Shown here: positions 49,091 to 64,000 of the stretch, in pieces
Numbering within the stretch: the stretch's first letter is position 1
How the letters are laid out: each line of letters starts with the position of its first letter
DNA from: the human T2T-CHM13v2.0 reference genome, Homo sapiens
Strand: one strand, 5' to 3'
Assembly (NCBI RefSeq): GCF_009914755.1
Contig: NC_060925.1
DNA: 64,000 bases
Position numbers and translations under genes: made by a program
Notes under the pieces: generated by a model
What the model saw: only the letters and a program-made list of their open reading frames with translations
Databases searched by the model: none
What the model was told of the DNA's origin: nothing

Positions 49091-52000
49091 TGAAAAAGAA
49101 ATGCCTCCTGTGATTGAAATTATTTTATAGCTCTTAGCCCGTTCTACCAAAGATCACATTAGCAGATTACCCCTCCCTCCTGTGATATTATCTTTCTTAA
49201 ACCTGAACCAAATATCAAAAGATACAAGTTTCATGATTAGGATGAAATATATACATAGGGATTTTGGTTTATTGAAGTTATTGAAAGACCTAGAAATTTT
49301 CTTTTTGAGAGAAAGGGTAAAGAGGTGAGGGTTCATGTCACTTAACCCCTACCCTTTTGGGCAAATTTTGTCTCAGGTAGTGTTTCATTCCCTAAATTAA
49401 TACCTGTGCTTCCTTGCCTCTCACCTTCCCAGTTACTTCTTTGGGGTATTACTGTGGCACATTGTACACCCAGAAAAGGCACATACAGTGATTATTTTGT
49501 GGGAAATACTTGATTCTTTTGAAATATATTTGGAGGGGGTAGCTAGCTAGCCACTGTCAAAACTAATGCTGTATTTACAGGACAAAAACAAGTAGAGTTG
49601 GACACCTCAGTAAGAGACAGCATTAACTAAAAGTACTGACTGCCTTTTAAAGGAATTTTTAAAACTATTCTCTTGCAATAAGAGATCCGCATTTATTACC
49701 ACTGGATGTCTTCCTTTTTTGTGGCCACCAATATAGCAGCTCTCTTTAGAGGGATTCCCTTTCTGCTATGCCTTGAGCCAAACTGGCTGCTTTTAGAACA
49801 AAAACCATAAGTATGGTTTTACTCGAACTTCTCTTTGTTTTTATTGAGAGAAATATTGCCTTCTTTTTGGTACTCCAGCTGCTAAAGAGTGCTGAGATAT
49901 GTTAAATTATTTTTTAAAAGAAAATCTCCAAATACTTATTTAACTTGTCTTCTAGATTCATGTTGCTTATATTTTAACTATTGAGCAAGTTTATTATAAG
50001 GAATGCTGCCATATAGAGAAAGCTGAAGAGAAACCATGGGCAGAAGGCTTTTTTCTGTCTTATTACACTGGACCTTCACTCTGGTAAGGGCATCAGTTAC
50101 TTTTCTGGAATAAAAGGCGGAGTTAGAGCACTTATCAGATGCTGTTTCATGGCTTGTTTTAGTTAATTTATCATGCAGATAACTAACATTTGGGTATCTT
50201 TTTGTTTTAGGTCTTATTTTCTGACTGTTAGGCCTATCTTACACATAAGTTCTACTATCAGTATACTTGGCAGCATGACTTTTTTTTTTTTTTACAGTTA
50301 ATTTAATGAAAATCAGCACCATTGTAAATGATAGTAATTGTAACAACATAGTTACTGGGTGAAGGAGTAGGGGAGACACTCAGTAACCATCTATTTACCT
50401 AGACACTTATGCAGGGGTACATGCTAGGTGGCTTTATTCAGATTCGGGTACATTGGAATCACATCATGACTTTGAGTCTGATGGCTGTGTAGATAAAGAT
50501 TTAAGCAAGTGCCTTGTGTTTGCTGGAAAATATTAAAACTCATTTGGGTGAAAGCTTCCCAGATGATGATAATTAATAGCACTTCTGCCTTTTTCCTGGA
50601 GTAACTTTTAGATTGAGTCACATATGATAGTATAAAAGTCCAAAATTTTCTGGGTTTACCTTTGTTTTATTTTTCATATATATATTCACTGTCTGCCTGG
50701 AAATAGCCTTGGTTTACCTTATTTTTTTGTATATGTAAAACTATTCATATTTGATTTTATTCCAATATTATATATGATGGAAAAGCCAGAATTGTCTGGC
50801 AGAGTTTAATTCTTCCTTGGATCTCTAGTTCTGTTTTTAATATCAGGTTCCTTCATCAAATTTTACTACTGTAGCTCTGTGATATAATTTCATTTCTTGT
50901 CAATTATGGTCACATATAGACAAGTACTTGGTCACAATTAGCTCAAAAGAATCCCCATTTCTTAAGGTGCTCAGTCAATCACCTTTATTTTGAGATGGTA
51001 GTTTTTCAAGTTAGTATTACTTACTAGCTTTCTTGATGAATATAAAAATGTTGTCTCCATCATACAGAGCTGAGCCTCTTGTGGTATATTAAGATAAGTC
51101 CCATTCTTAATCACAGAAGAACATGGATATTTTAGTTTTTGGAGTACCCAGAATTGTAAAGATTTTGTTTCATTTTGTTTTAGGATAGCTTCTCTGCCTA
51201 ATACTATAGGATATGTCATGTTCGTTATTGTAGCCACCTCCCTCAGATGTTTTTCACTATTTTTAAATTATATAATGACCAGTAGATTCACAGTAGCATG
51301 TACTTGACAAGTGCCATGGATATTTAAGAAGAAGGTAAATAATTTTAATATTTTTTGCTGTAATTTTATAGGAGCAGTGGACTGTAAGAGAAATATCTAT
51401 AAATCAGAGAGTATTTAGGAAACTTTGTATTTTATAGGTGGTCATTAAAGTGATCTTCAGGATATAAGATAGTTTACACAAACTTTATTCTCCTGATAGG
51501 AAATTTTTATTCATTTTCCTACCACTCAGCACTTTTGTTCTGCCTTGTACTGCTTATGAGGATTAATGTTTTAAATTTGCTTTATTTGTGCTTTTCAGAG
51601 AGTTGTCATAATTGTGGCAGTTGTGTTTGTGGCACTGTAAATGCTGAAATTCATGGGAAACTTACCAAATGACTGCTTGAGTGTTATTTCCCATTAAATT
51701 GGGTAGCTGTCACAATAACCAGAAGAAATCTTGTGGCCCTTTTGAAGAAAGCCATGTATGTTTTGTTACCTAGGTTCATAGTATTTTAATTTAAAGGCAA
51801 AGAGAAGCATTCTACTTATTTGTCTTATAAACCATTAATCGTTTTTTGTGCAGAAGAGAGCTTATTTTGTTATACTACTTTGTATAATGGAAATAAGTCA
51901 CATTCTGGGGGAAAAAAACTGGAATTGTTTGTATTTTGTTTTTTTGGGGGGGGATCTTTATGTGAAAAATCAGAGCTACTTGTTACCATAAGCCCTTACT

Positions 52001-53593
52001 ATCAACAAGATAATTATTTGTAATCACTTTTTTATCCCAGGTTGGAATTGCTTTCCCCTTCTAAGTTATCTTCCCTTAATAATATTTATGATACCAGGAC
52101 AGTGAGGGTATAAGAGCAAATGTAGTGAGGTATTCAAAAATCCTGCATATATGGACTCAAAAGTTCTTTAGTTATTTGAATTATATATAGCTATATTATT
52201 TTATTAGCTTGGGTTGTCAGAAGATTGCCAATTTTAAGAGTAAAGAGGAGAGAGATAAGTAATAAAAATAGAGGAGGGGAAGAAAATGGCTCCCTTACTG
52301 GTCTTAGTAATCTTCTATATAGTTAATGAGCTAAAAAATGATACTTAAAGTTCCAGGTTTGGTACCGCTAGCATAGAAACATTGCCTTTCCTACACATTC
52401 CTCATCATTGTTTCCTCAGAAAATTATTTTAAGAGTTTGTGAAACCAGATTAAATATCTATATTCAGTTTGGCCTAATTTTTAAAAATAAATATTTATAC
52501 TCCAGCTTTTGTGTATTTGGTGTACATCACCACTTATGCAAATCAAGGATCAGAAAACTGGAGGTTAGCCATCTCCATTATTTCCTTTTGCACATTGGGT
52601 ACAGTGGGTGGCATTAGTATGCACTAGCTGCAAAGTCACAGCACCTTATGGAAATAAGTATGTTTATTATAATAAAAAAAGTTAAGCTGCATCTCTGTAG
52701 ATTATTTACTTTGCAGACTGTAAAGCTGCCCTATCTTTTCCAGCAGAATTTACTCTTCCATTCTTAATTCTTTTTTGAAATATCTTAAATAATTTAACAT
52801 TCCTTTATAACCTCTTAACAGTGTCAAAACTGGGGTAGAAGGGATTTTATTTTTTCCCAAAAGGGTTCCATCTTTGCTATCTGTTGATCAGCCTTAGAAA
52901 ATCTAAGTATGATCAATAAATTTTAATGGTTGATGGCATCCTGTGTCAGCTGGAGTAGTTGGTTGTGAATATTAAAACCTAGTACTATTTTCCCTCAGTA
53001 ACATGTAATTGCTACATTTTTTATAAGAAGGTATGGTTAGAAAAAAATGTGAAAGATCACTTAAACCAAAGCCAGTTACAAGGAGTAATCTCTCCTGTTG
53101 GTTTACCTTCACCTCAGAACTACAAGAATATTACAATACATAGTGAATAGTTGTCTGTGACATTTCTACCAGTTGTTTCAGTAGCATATTGGTCTTGGCA
53201 TTTCTTGGCACTGTGGTTCTGCTGTATTATTTGTGATGTCTTATTGTTTGTGAGCTTTTGTTTTTTTTTTAAAGAAAAAACAAAAACTAAGTGGGACTAT
53301 GTATGTAGATGTGTGTCAGTACCAAAAAGTTATTTTCTCAAATCCCTAAATTTCTGATTTCCATTCAAGTCTTTTAAACTCTTTCCTGCTGAATAGCAAA
53401 GAACTTTTATTTTCCACTTTCCTATATTCCTAAAAAGTGTGAACAATGCGTTTCAGTTGACTGTATTGCATACTTTTTTGCTGAAGACTTTTTCTGTAAA
53501 CACAATTGCCTTGTTCAGTTTTGTTGTAAACTGACTTACCATAAGATGCACTGTTGATAATGCTTTCTGATGTGTGTTTGATAAGAGTGATAA

Positions 53594-53613
53594 AATAAAA
53601 GCTTAAAAATAAA
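53594..53613 (+). terminator. Distal polyadenylation signals (two AATAAA)
   Basis: Two AATAAA 14 nt apart, TGTA motifs upstream (~53495, ~53525), T-rich tract downstream; a third AATAAA at 53715. Confidence 0.75.
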
Positions 53614-54360
53614 GGAGTTGCTTTTTAATTTCAACTTTTTCTATACTTAGTATAAATATTCAGATAACAGGTAAATATATTTATTTTCTGATTTAATTTT
53701 AACTAAAAGCTGCCAATAAAAATTTCCATGTAGCTTTAACCACCCATTTCTAAAGAATATGATTTTTCATTTTTGGAAATCTTGCATCATATTGGTAATA
53801 CTGATATGTAATTTTTTATTTTGGAAAAGTGTTCTTGATATTATAGAAACAGCCAGGTCTAATGAAAAGAACCAGAGTTCAGAGTCAGGAAATTTGTGTT
53901 CTAATCTTGGCTGTTTTATCAACTTGGATATCTTTAATCCAGTGATTCTGCTTTGATAATAGCTGTATTTTTATGTTGTGAGGACCAAATGAGATAATAG
54001 GTGCAATAGTAATAAAACAGCCACAAATCATGAAGCATCAACTAGGTGATGGGTACCATTTTAGTTTATATCATGTTTAATGTTCCCTTTTTCCACATGG
54101 GAACTGAAACCCAAATAACCTGAGACCCAATTAACTGAGACAACAGAGACCCAATTAACCCAAATAAAGAGACTTGCCCGACATTTCATAAAACTGAGAG
54201 GTGGTATTTATATACTGGTCTGTCTGGGAGTGGCATTGGCATGTTGTTTTGGGAAGTCAGTGACAGATCTGGAAGATAAATTCAACAGGAAAATGTTGTT
54301 AGAAGGGACACCCTAAGAGACTGTTTTAATAACTTAGACTGGAGTTAAGAATATTTAAAC

Positions 54361-54547
54361 CAGTAATTCTCATCCTTCAGCATATAACAGAATCACCTGG
54401 GAGGGCCTGTTAGGCTACCGACTGCTGGGCCCCGCCCCTAGAGTTTCTGACTAGTTCTTTGTGGGATTCGAGAATTTGCATTTCTAACAAGTTCTCAGGT
54501 GGGGCTGTTGCTGCTGCTAGGGTGGAGACTGCACTTTTAGAACCACT
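54361..54547. mobile_element. MER5A hAT MITE
   Basis: cagtaattctca...agaatcacctggg...gaatttgcatttctaacaagttctcaggt...cacttttagaaccact. Confidence 0.75.
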
Positions 54548-55370
54548 CATCTAAACAAAGGGCATTGGTTAGGATTGAAAAGCAGAAGCAGGCCTTTATT
54601 CAAGGGCTACTTAGGAGTAGCTCAATCTCTTCATCTCCCTGATAGTAGAATAGTGACTAACTGAGCGTTATTTTGCACCAAACGTGCTAAATGCTTTTTG
54701 GTTAATCCTCCCAAGAAGCCTATTAGGAAGATATTAATGTTCACTTCATTTTATGGTTAAGGAAATGGATTGTTTAGCTTACTTCCTAGGGTTTACACAG
54801 TGGACAAATGAATATCTAACTTCAGAGTCACCAGTGTGCTAGGTTGCGTGCTAGTCAACCCAGTAATTCCTTCCAGATCCAGCTTCCCTTTTTCATTTCC
54901 TCAGATACTACTGGGTTTAGTCCTTGATCTTTTACTAGAGTTTCTTAGAAGATCCCTGTCTCCTGCCCTCTTGTCTCTTAATACTGCTAACAGTTTTCAT
55001 TTTTAAAAAGAAGCCTGATCATGCTACTCATGTATAAAATTCTTCATTTTATTTCCTATTCTGCCCATTTGCCTTCAAAATTATGTCTAATTCTCTTGAA
55101 TTGGCATATAAGACTTTTTACAATCTGGCTCCACCTGTCAATCATGCCTCCTATCTCTTTCCCTATTTATATTTCATGCTGCAGCTGCACCTACCTGTAT
55201 TTCTGCAAAGTCCATCCTTTTTCCTCTTCTGATCCTCTTATTAAAATGCCATTCAGGCCAGGCACAGTGGCACACGCCTGTAATCCCAACATTTTGTGAG
55301 GCTGAGGTGGGTGGATCTCTTGAGCCAGGAGTTGGAGACCAACCTGGGAAACATGGTGAAACCCTGTCTA

Positions 55371-55535
<165 letters not shown>

Positions 55536-55538
55536 TCA

Positions 55539-55703
<165 letters not shown>

Positions 55704-56119
55704 CTAAAAAAAAAGAAAAACAATAAATAAAACAAAGTTGCATTCAATTCCCTGCCTACCCATGCCCAGTTATCTGTGTGATAAAATCATATTGATCTTA
55801 AAACAGCTCAGTTGTTACTTTCTCTAGTTATCTTCCCTGTGCTCTTCCCTGTCAAATTGTTAGTAATTCTGTACCAAGTCTTTACTTTGTATGTATGCAT
55901 TTCCTATATGACTAGATTTACCATTTTGTTTTGCCCCAAGTGTACTCCTTATCAGTAGTGGATCATCATATTCAGATCTGTATTCCTAGCACCTAGCCCC
56001 ATGCCTGAGCTATAGTAATTGCTCAATAAATGTTTGTGGAGTTGAAAATGAATTCATAGAATCTGGCATCCAGTTGGATATGGATGACTCCAATATTTCA
56101 AAGAATGGCAGTTTAGTAG

Positions 56120-56493
<374 letters not shown>

Positions 56494-56571
56494 TAACAAA
56501 ATTGGCAATTTAATCAAATAACTTAGAAATTTAGAAAGGTAGACTTTGGATTTTAAAAATATAGCAGATTA

Positions 56572-56921
<350 letters not shown>

Positions 56922-58231
56922 TTAGTCCTAAATTGAAGGAATTAGGATTTTTCATTTCCTTCTGTTGCATAAAATTGTGTATCTGAACAACCAAAATCCT
57001 TGAGTTCTTCCTTAGCATGAGTATATTGAACTTGGCTAAGCAAATTTTCACTTTAAAAACGTGAGGTGTTTTATTGTGACTTGTAGTTCTCTCCACTATT
57101 CTGTAACTTTTAAGAATTCTTGACTTAATAGGTTGGAACATGAGCGAGTTGCTACACATAATTACTAAACCATTTCCAAAAGCCTATTTTTCATTAAGCA
57201 TACAATATCATCTGCATATGTAATATTATATAGATGTCTATATGTATATTTCAATATCTTTACATATGAAATAAAAATAATGCTCAAAGGAAAATGGGTG
57301 ACCGATGGCCGCATATTCAAATACCAGCTAAATAAAATGTCTTCCAGAGTTGTGCAGACCTGGGAAGAGGCTCTATGACAAGGACCATTGAACACCTGTT
57401 CAGTTGAGATTACTTTGTAAAGCAATGAGACGTTATTGATGTTTCTGTTGGAAACGATTTATTAGACTAGTAACAAAAGATTAGTACTATAGGCTGGGCG
57501 GTGGCTCATGGCTGTAATCCCAGCACTCTGGGAGGCCGAGGAGGACAGATCACTTGGGGTCAGGAATTCAAGACCAGCCTGGCCAACACAGTGAAATCCC
57601 ATCTATACCAAACAATCCAAAATTAGCGAGGCATAGTGGCGCATGCCTGTGGTCCCAACTACTCAGGAGACTGAGGTGGGAGACTTGCTTGAACCCAGGA
57701 GGTAGAGGTTGCAGTGAGCCACTATACTCCAGCCTGGGTGTCAGAGTGAGACCGTCTCAAAAAAAAAAAAAAAAATTACTGCTATAAAATTAGAACATTT
57801 ACATTTTTAAGACCACACTCCTTTAAAGAAAAGAGGGATCAGGCTGGGCGCGGTGGCTTGCGCCTGTAATCTCAGCACTTGGGAGGCTGAGGTAGGTGGA
57901 TCACTTGAGGTCAGGAGTTCAAGACCAGCCTGGCCAACATGGCAAAACCCTGTCTCTACTAAAAATACAAAAATTAGCTGGGCGTCGTGACATGCGCCTG
58001 TAGTTACAGCTACTCAGGAGACTAAGGCAGGAGAATCACTTAGGAGAACGAACTCAGGAGGTGGAGATTGCAGTGAGCCGAAATGGCGCTACTGCCGTCC
58101 AGCCTGGGCAACAGAGTGAGAATGAAAGCCAAAGCTAGGCCAGGCATGGTGGCTCACGCCTGTAATCCCAGCACTTTGGGAGGCCAAGGCGGGTGGATCA
58201 CGAGGTCAGGAGATCGAGACCATCCTGGCTA

Positions 58232-58445
<214 letters not shown>

Positions 58446-59822
58446 TTAGTTAAGCAGTCATTGAACAAGTTGAAGTTAGAGGAGAAGTGCTTATTAGTGT
58501 TTAGTACAGCATTTCCCAAACTGTATATCCTTGGAACATTAGCACTAGCATGCCGTATAATATTGAGAAGCCTGGAGGGGCTGGGTAGACCAGAAATATT
58601 CTATGGTTAAATATGTTTTGGATGTACTGCATACTTTTTCCCCAATTTTCTTAGAGAAGTTGGAGTCTATTTGGTCTATTTAAACCCACAGAAGAGTTGG
58701 AAGGATAGTAAGTTGATGCCAACATACCCTTCATCTACTGTCAATATTTTGTCACATATTGTTGGCCAGGCTGGTCTTGAACTCCTGACCTTGTGATCTG
58801 CCCACCTCAGCCTCCCAAAGTGCTGGGATTACAGGCATGAGCCACTGCGCCCAGCCTCAAAAGTGACTTTCTGTAGGCCCAATCACAAATTCCCAGAAGA
58901 GAATCTTTAATTGGCACAGTGTGTTTAAGTGTCCATGCTAGACCAATAAACTATGACAGATATTGATCCACATTGTACAAAGACTATTGTGCACTTTTCC
59001 TTTTCAGAGGGGGCTGTTCTTACAGAAGGGAGAATTGTTCATTAGCCAAGGAGATATCTCAAAACCTGCCTTGACTATATTCTTTTTTCAGGTAATAACC
59101 CATCTACTCAGTGACCAAAGTCAGAAACATGAAAGCCATTTAGTTATCCTCCTCCCTCACTGTCAACATGCAATCAGTAAGCCTTTCCCATCCTAAATCT
59201 TAAATATCTCTTACATTTATTTCCTGAACTTCATATTCATCATCAGCTCTCTCTCTATATATATTAATAATAGAGATGGACCCTCACTATTTTGACCAGG
59301 ATGGTCTCGAACTCTTGGCCTCAAGCAATCCTCCTTTCTCAGCCTCCCAAAGTGCTAGGATTACAGGTGTGAGCCACCATGCGTGGCCCATCAGCATATT
59401 TTGGACCATCATAATCTCTTACTTAAACTATTACAGTGATCTTCCTGCCTTCAGGCTCCACGCTGCCAAGAGAATTAAAAATTTTGATCAGATTCCTTCA
59501 CTTCTTGAAATTCTTCAGTAGCTCCATATGCCCTGCCCACTCCTCCCCAACACCTGCCTGGATTTCAGACCGAGTGTTCCAATATCTGTTTTCAATAGCA
59601 GTACTTCCTCCATTTCTGTGTATCATTGCTTGGCAAGTATCTACTCATCCTTTAAGAATCAGCCCATGTATCCACATCTGTGTAAACCTGTGGTCTCTGG
59701 GCTGAATCAACTATTCCTTCCTTGATGTTTCCAACAAATTTTGTGAATATTTATAAATTCTTAACACTAAATAACATTTCTCTGTTTCTTCCCTTTGCAT
59801 GTGAGATCTGTAAAAGCAGTGA

Positions 59823-60320
<498 letters not shown>

Positions 60321-61380
60321 TGATGGCTCATGCAGCCTCGACCTCCTGGGCTCAAGTGATTCTCCCACCTCAGCCTCCCTAGTAGCTGGGACTACAGGCA
60401 TGCACGACCACGCCTGGCTAATTTTTTTTTTTTTTGTATTTTATGTAGAGACAGGGTCTTGCCATGTTGCCCAGGCTGGTCTGAAACTCCTAGGCTCAAG
60501 TGATCCTCCCACCTTGGCCTCCCAAAGTGTTGGGATTACAGGCAAGAGCGACTGCACCCGGCCAGCACTCCCTTCTTACTATTGCTGCACATTCATCAAA
60601 GGCCTAAGCATCTGACTTTGCATTATAGCCAAGAAAGAGAATTTGGAGGTTGGGTCTGATGATAAATAACATATGCAGCTATGGCCCCTGAACTAGGCTG
60701 CCTGAAAGTGGTGTTGTGAGTCACTTTTATGGTTTTGGCAAACTGAAATTCTACCATTCAAAATGGCTTCCACCTACTTGTTCATGTGTCTGTTCATGTA
60801 CATGACACAATTGTTTTCTTTGTTCCCAAAGAAACAGGCAAGGGAAATCAGCTAATTGGCTAACCCTTAAGCAGTAGGGAAGATATGGCAAGGGCTGGTT
60901 ATGTTGCTACATTGGTTTGTATCACAAGTGGATATAGAGAGTCTGGGGTTAAGGAACAGAAGGTTCCATTTTAATGCCATATTTCGGCCAGGTGCGGTGG
61001 CTCACACCTGTAATGCCAGCACTTTGGGAGGCTGAGGCAGGTGGATCACGAGGTCAGCAGTTCAAGACCAACCTGGCCAACCTGGTGAAACCCCATCTCT
61101 ACTAAAAATACAAAAATTAGCTGGGCGTGGTGGGTGCGCACCTGTAATCCCAGCTACTCGGGAGGCTGAGGCAGAAGAATCGCTTGAACCCAGGAGGCGG
61201 AGGTTGCAGTGAGCCGAGACTGCTACTGCACTCCAGCCTAGTGACAGAGCAAGACTCCGACTCCAAAAAAAAAAAAAACACCATATTTCTCCATTATCTT
61301 CATTGACAGAGCATCAGAACCAGTTGCCTGCTGACAAAGGCCAAGTTTAATTAGGGTAAAAGAGGTGAGATGCCAAATTT

Positions 61381-61388
61381 GTGTGTGT

Positions 61389-61419
<31 letters not shown>

Positions 61420-61442
61420 CGAGAGAGAGAGGGAGAGAGAGA
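61381..61442 (+). repeat. (GT)n(GA)n compound microsatellite
   Basis: gtgtgtgtgagagagagaga...gagaga. Confidence 0.95.
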
Positions 61443-62182
61443 ATTAGAGATTTCAGGACCAGGCAAAGGAGGCAGCTTGGAAATGAAAATAGAAAGGCAA
61501 GTTGGAGTGTTCCAGGGACTTATATGACTCTCCCTTGCACTCTCCAAGTTGGAGAGACTTCCTCACACAGTAACGATATGACCTTAGTAAGCTGCTTAAA
61601 CTTTATAAGACTTGGTTTCCTCTTTTGTAACATAGAGATAATAATCATATTTACATTATAAAATTGCTGTGAAGACTAAATGAGCTTATTCACATGAAAC
61701 ACCTGTGAGGTGTCTTTCCCTCCCTTTTGTTCTCATCGTCATCCAAATTTCTCTTCTTATGTTGGGCTGCAAGTTGAGCATTTCAAAACATCTTCCCTTC
61801 AATGTTATGTCCATTTTTCTCATCATTTGGTGTTAGTGCCTAACTCATCCTGACCATTTTTGATGTAAGGAACCTCCCTCATAGCAGGATTTTTTTTTTT
61901 AGCATGCCCATACTTTTTGTTTCTAACAATTTTACATTTTGGAAAACTCATTTTTACTTGCAACTGTGGAAAAATATGTCATCTACAGTGGATCCAGAAA
62001 CATAGTTATGAATGCTTTTTGCTTTTTTTCTATTATTACCATTATTATTTTTTTCATTAGGTGGTCAGGCACGGTGGCTTACATCTGTAATGCCTGCACT
62101 TTGGAGGCCGAGGTGGGTGGATCACTTGAGGTCAGGAGTTTGAGAGCAGTCTGGGCAACATGGTGAAACCCCATCTCTACTA

Positions 62183-62362
<180 letters not shown>

Positions 62363-63330
62363 TTATTAAGCTTGTCAAGGAATAATTAAATATAGACTAT
62401 ATTCTCTACCCTTTGATATTGTGGAGGAAAAATAATACTGCCACCATCAATATTTTTATTTCATATAAATATTATTATATATAATTTTTAACCTCCTTAA
62501 TACAACTTTGCTTTCATATTTAAATGAAAATGGGGGGGTGGATTTTTGTCTGAGATTTTAACAATATCTTTTCCTTCCACAGATAACAAGATCTTAATTT
62601 CGCTTGTAGTTTATAGCTGTATGAATAGGTAAAAGGGGATTCTTACTCGGATGCAAAACTCAGTAAGTTGACTAATTAATTCATAAGGAATATTTTACTG
62701 TTAACATAGACGTGGGCTTATATGGGCCAATTGTTTCTTAATCTGTTTGTTTAATATGTCAGAAATAAGGTTTTGTGGCCGAATTCAAGCAGCCTATCCC
62801 CTGTGTCACCAGAATTTCAAGACTTAAATCTCTCTTTAATTATGCTTTTCACTACTGGCTTCAACAAAGCTGAATAATTTTGTGTATGTGCCTCACATAC
62901 ACATGCCCCATATAATAGGTAGACTACATTTCTTAGATAAAATACATACTTAACTCATTGCTCATGATATTTCTTTGAATTCCAGGAACATGACCAAAGA
63001 CTAATTTTCTAGGTTGTACAGGAAAACAAAAACCACACATACAGGCTAATAATGACTGATCTCAGAGCATATGAATTGAATGACTCTGATTCTCAAACTT
63101 TCAGTTGCCTGAATTGAGAGGCCTTTTCTTATTCTTGCATCACTTCATATTAAGCCCTTCTGAAGTTCCTTCCTAACTTGAAGCAGCACCCTCTTTATGG
63201 AAAAATACAGTTCTCAATGAAGGTAAGTATGGCAACTATGATCTCTGTTAGAACAGCCCAACAAATGCTCAAAGCTCACGTACAGGAGAGGGCAGGTTTG
63301 CCTGACCACACTGGGTGAGCAGCAGAATTA

Positions 63331-63751
<421 letters not shown>

Positions 63752-64000
63752 TCATAATAAACTGTACCAAATTTTAAAGAGAAATATTCTACATGAGATC
63801 ATTAAGATCCTGACTATAAACTGTGAATAAGAAACCAGAAAACACCAGTGGCAGTGGCTAACACCTGTAATCCCACCACTTTGGGGGGCCGAGGTGGGAG
63901 GATCACCTGAGGTTGAGAGTTCGAGACCAGCCTGACCAACATGGAGAAACCCCGTCTCTACTAAAAATACAAAATTAGCTGGGCATGGTGGTGCATGCTG

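Overview
This is primate genomic DNA, almost certainly human (it carries an AluYa5 copy), and it is very Alu-rich (about 60 copies). It contains the complete protein-coding gene UHMK1 (KIS; Ser/Thr kinase fused to a C-terminal U2AF-homology motif) on the + strand. I reconstructed 8 coding exons by hand (22021-46554; 268+293+192+95+77+99+89+147 = 1260 nt = 419 aa + stop), all with GT-AG introns and matching phases. The gene has a CpG-island/ETS promoter and a ~7 kb 3' UTR that is nearly free of repeats. Upstream lie an old, Alu-riddled L1M/L1MA element and a nested stack of ERV1 LTRs (MER4-group, MER41B, MER4A). Nearly all ORFs in the supplied track are Alu/L1 artefacts. I found no wholly new gene system. 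The best leads are: (i) a MER4A-derived alternative coding first exon that would give a kinase-dead, UHM-intact protein; (ii) a MER41B LTR with three perfect GAS/STAT motifs about 2 kb upstream; (iii) two minimal uORFs ahead of a sub-optimal main ATG; (iv) exon-7 skipping that would give an NMD-escaping kinase-only protein; (v) two head-to-head inverted Alus, 23 bp apart, that share private mutations. Repeat family names come from recalled consensus sequences, and repeat boundaries are approximate unless TSDs are given.
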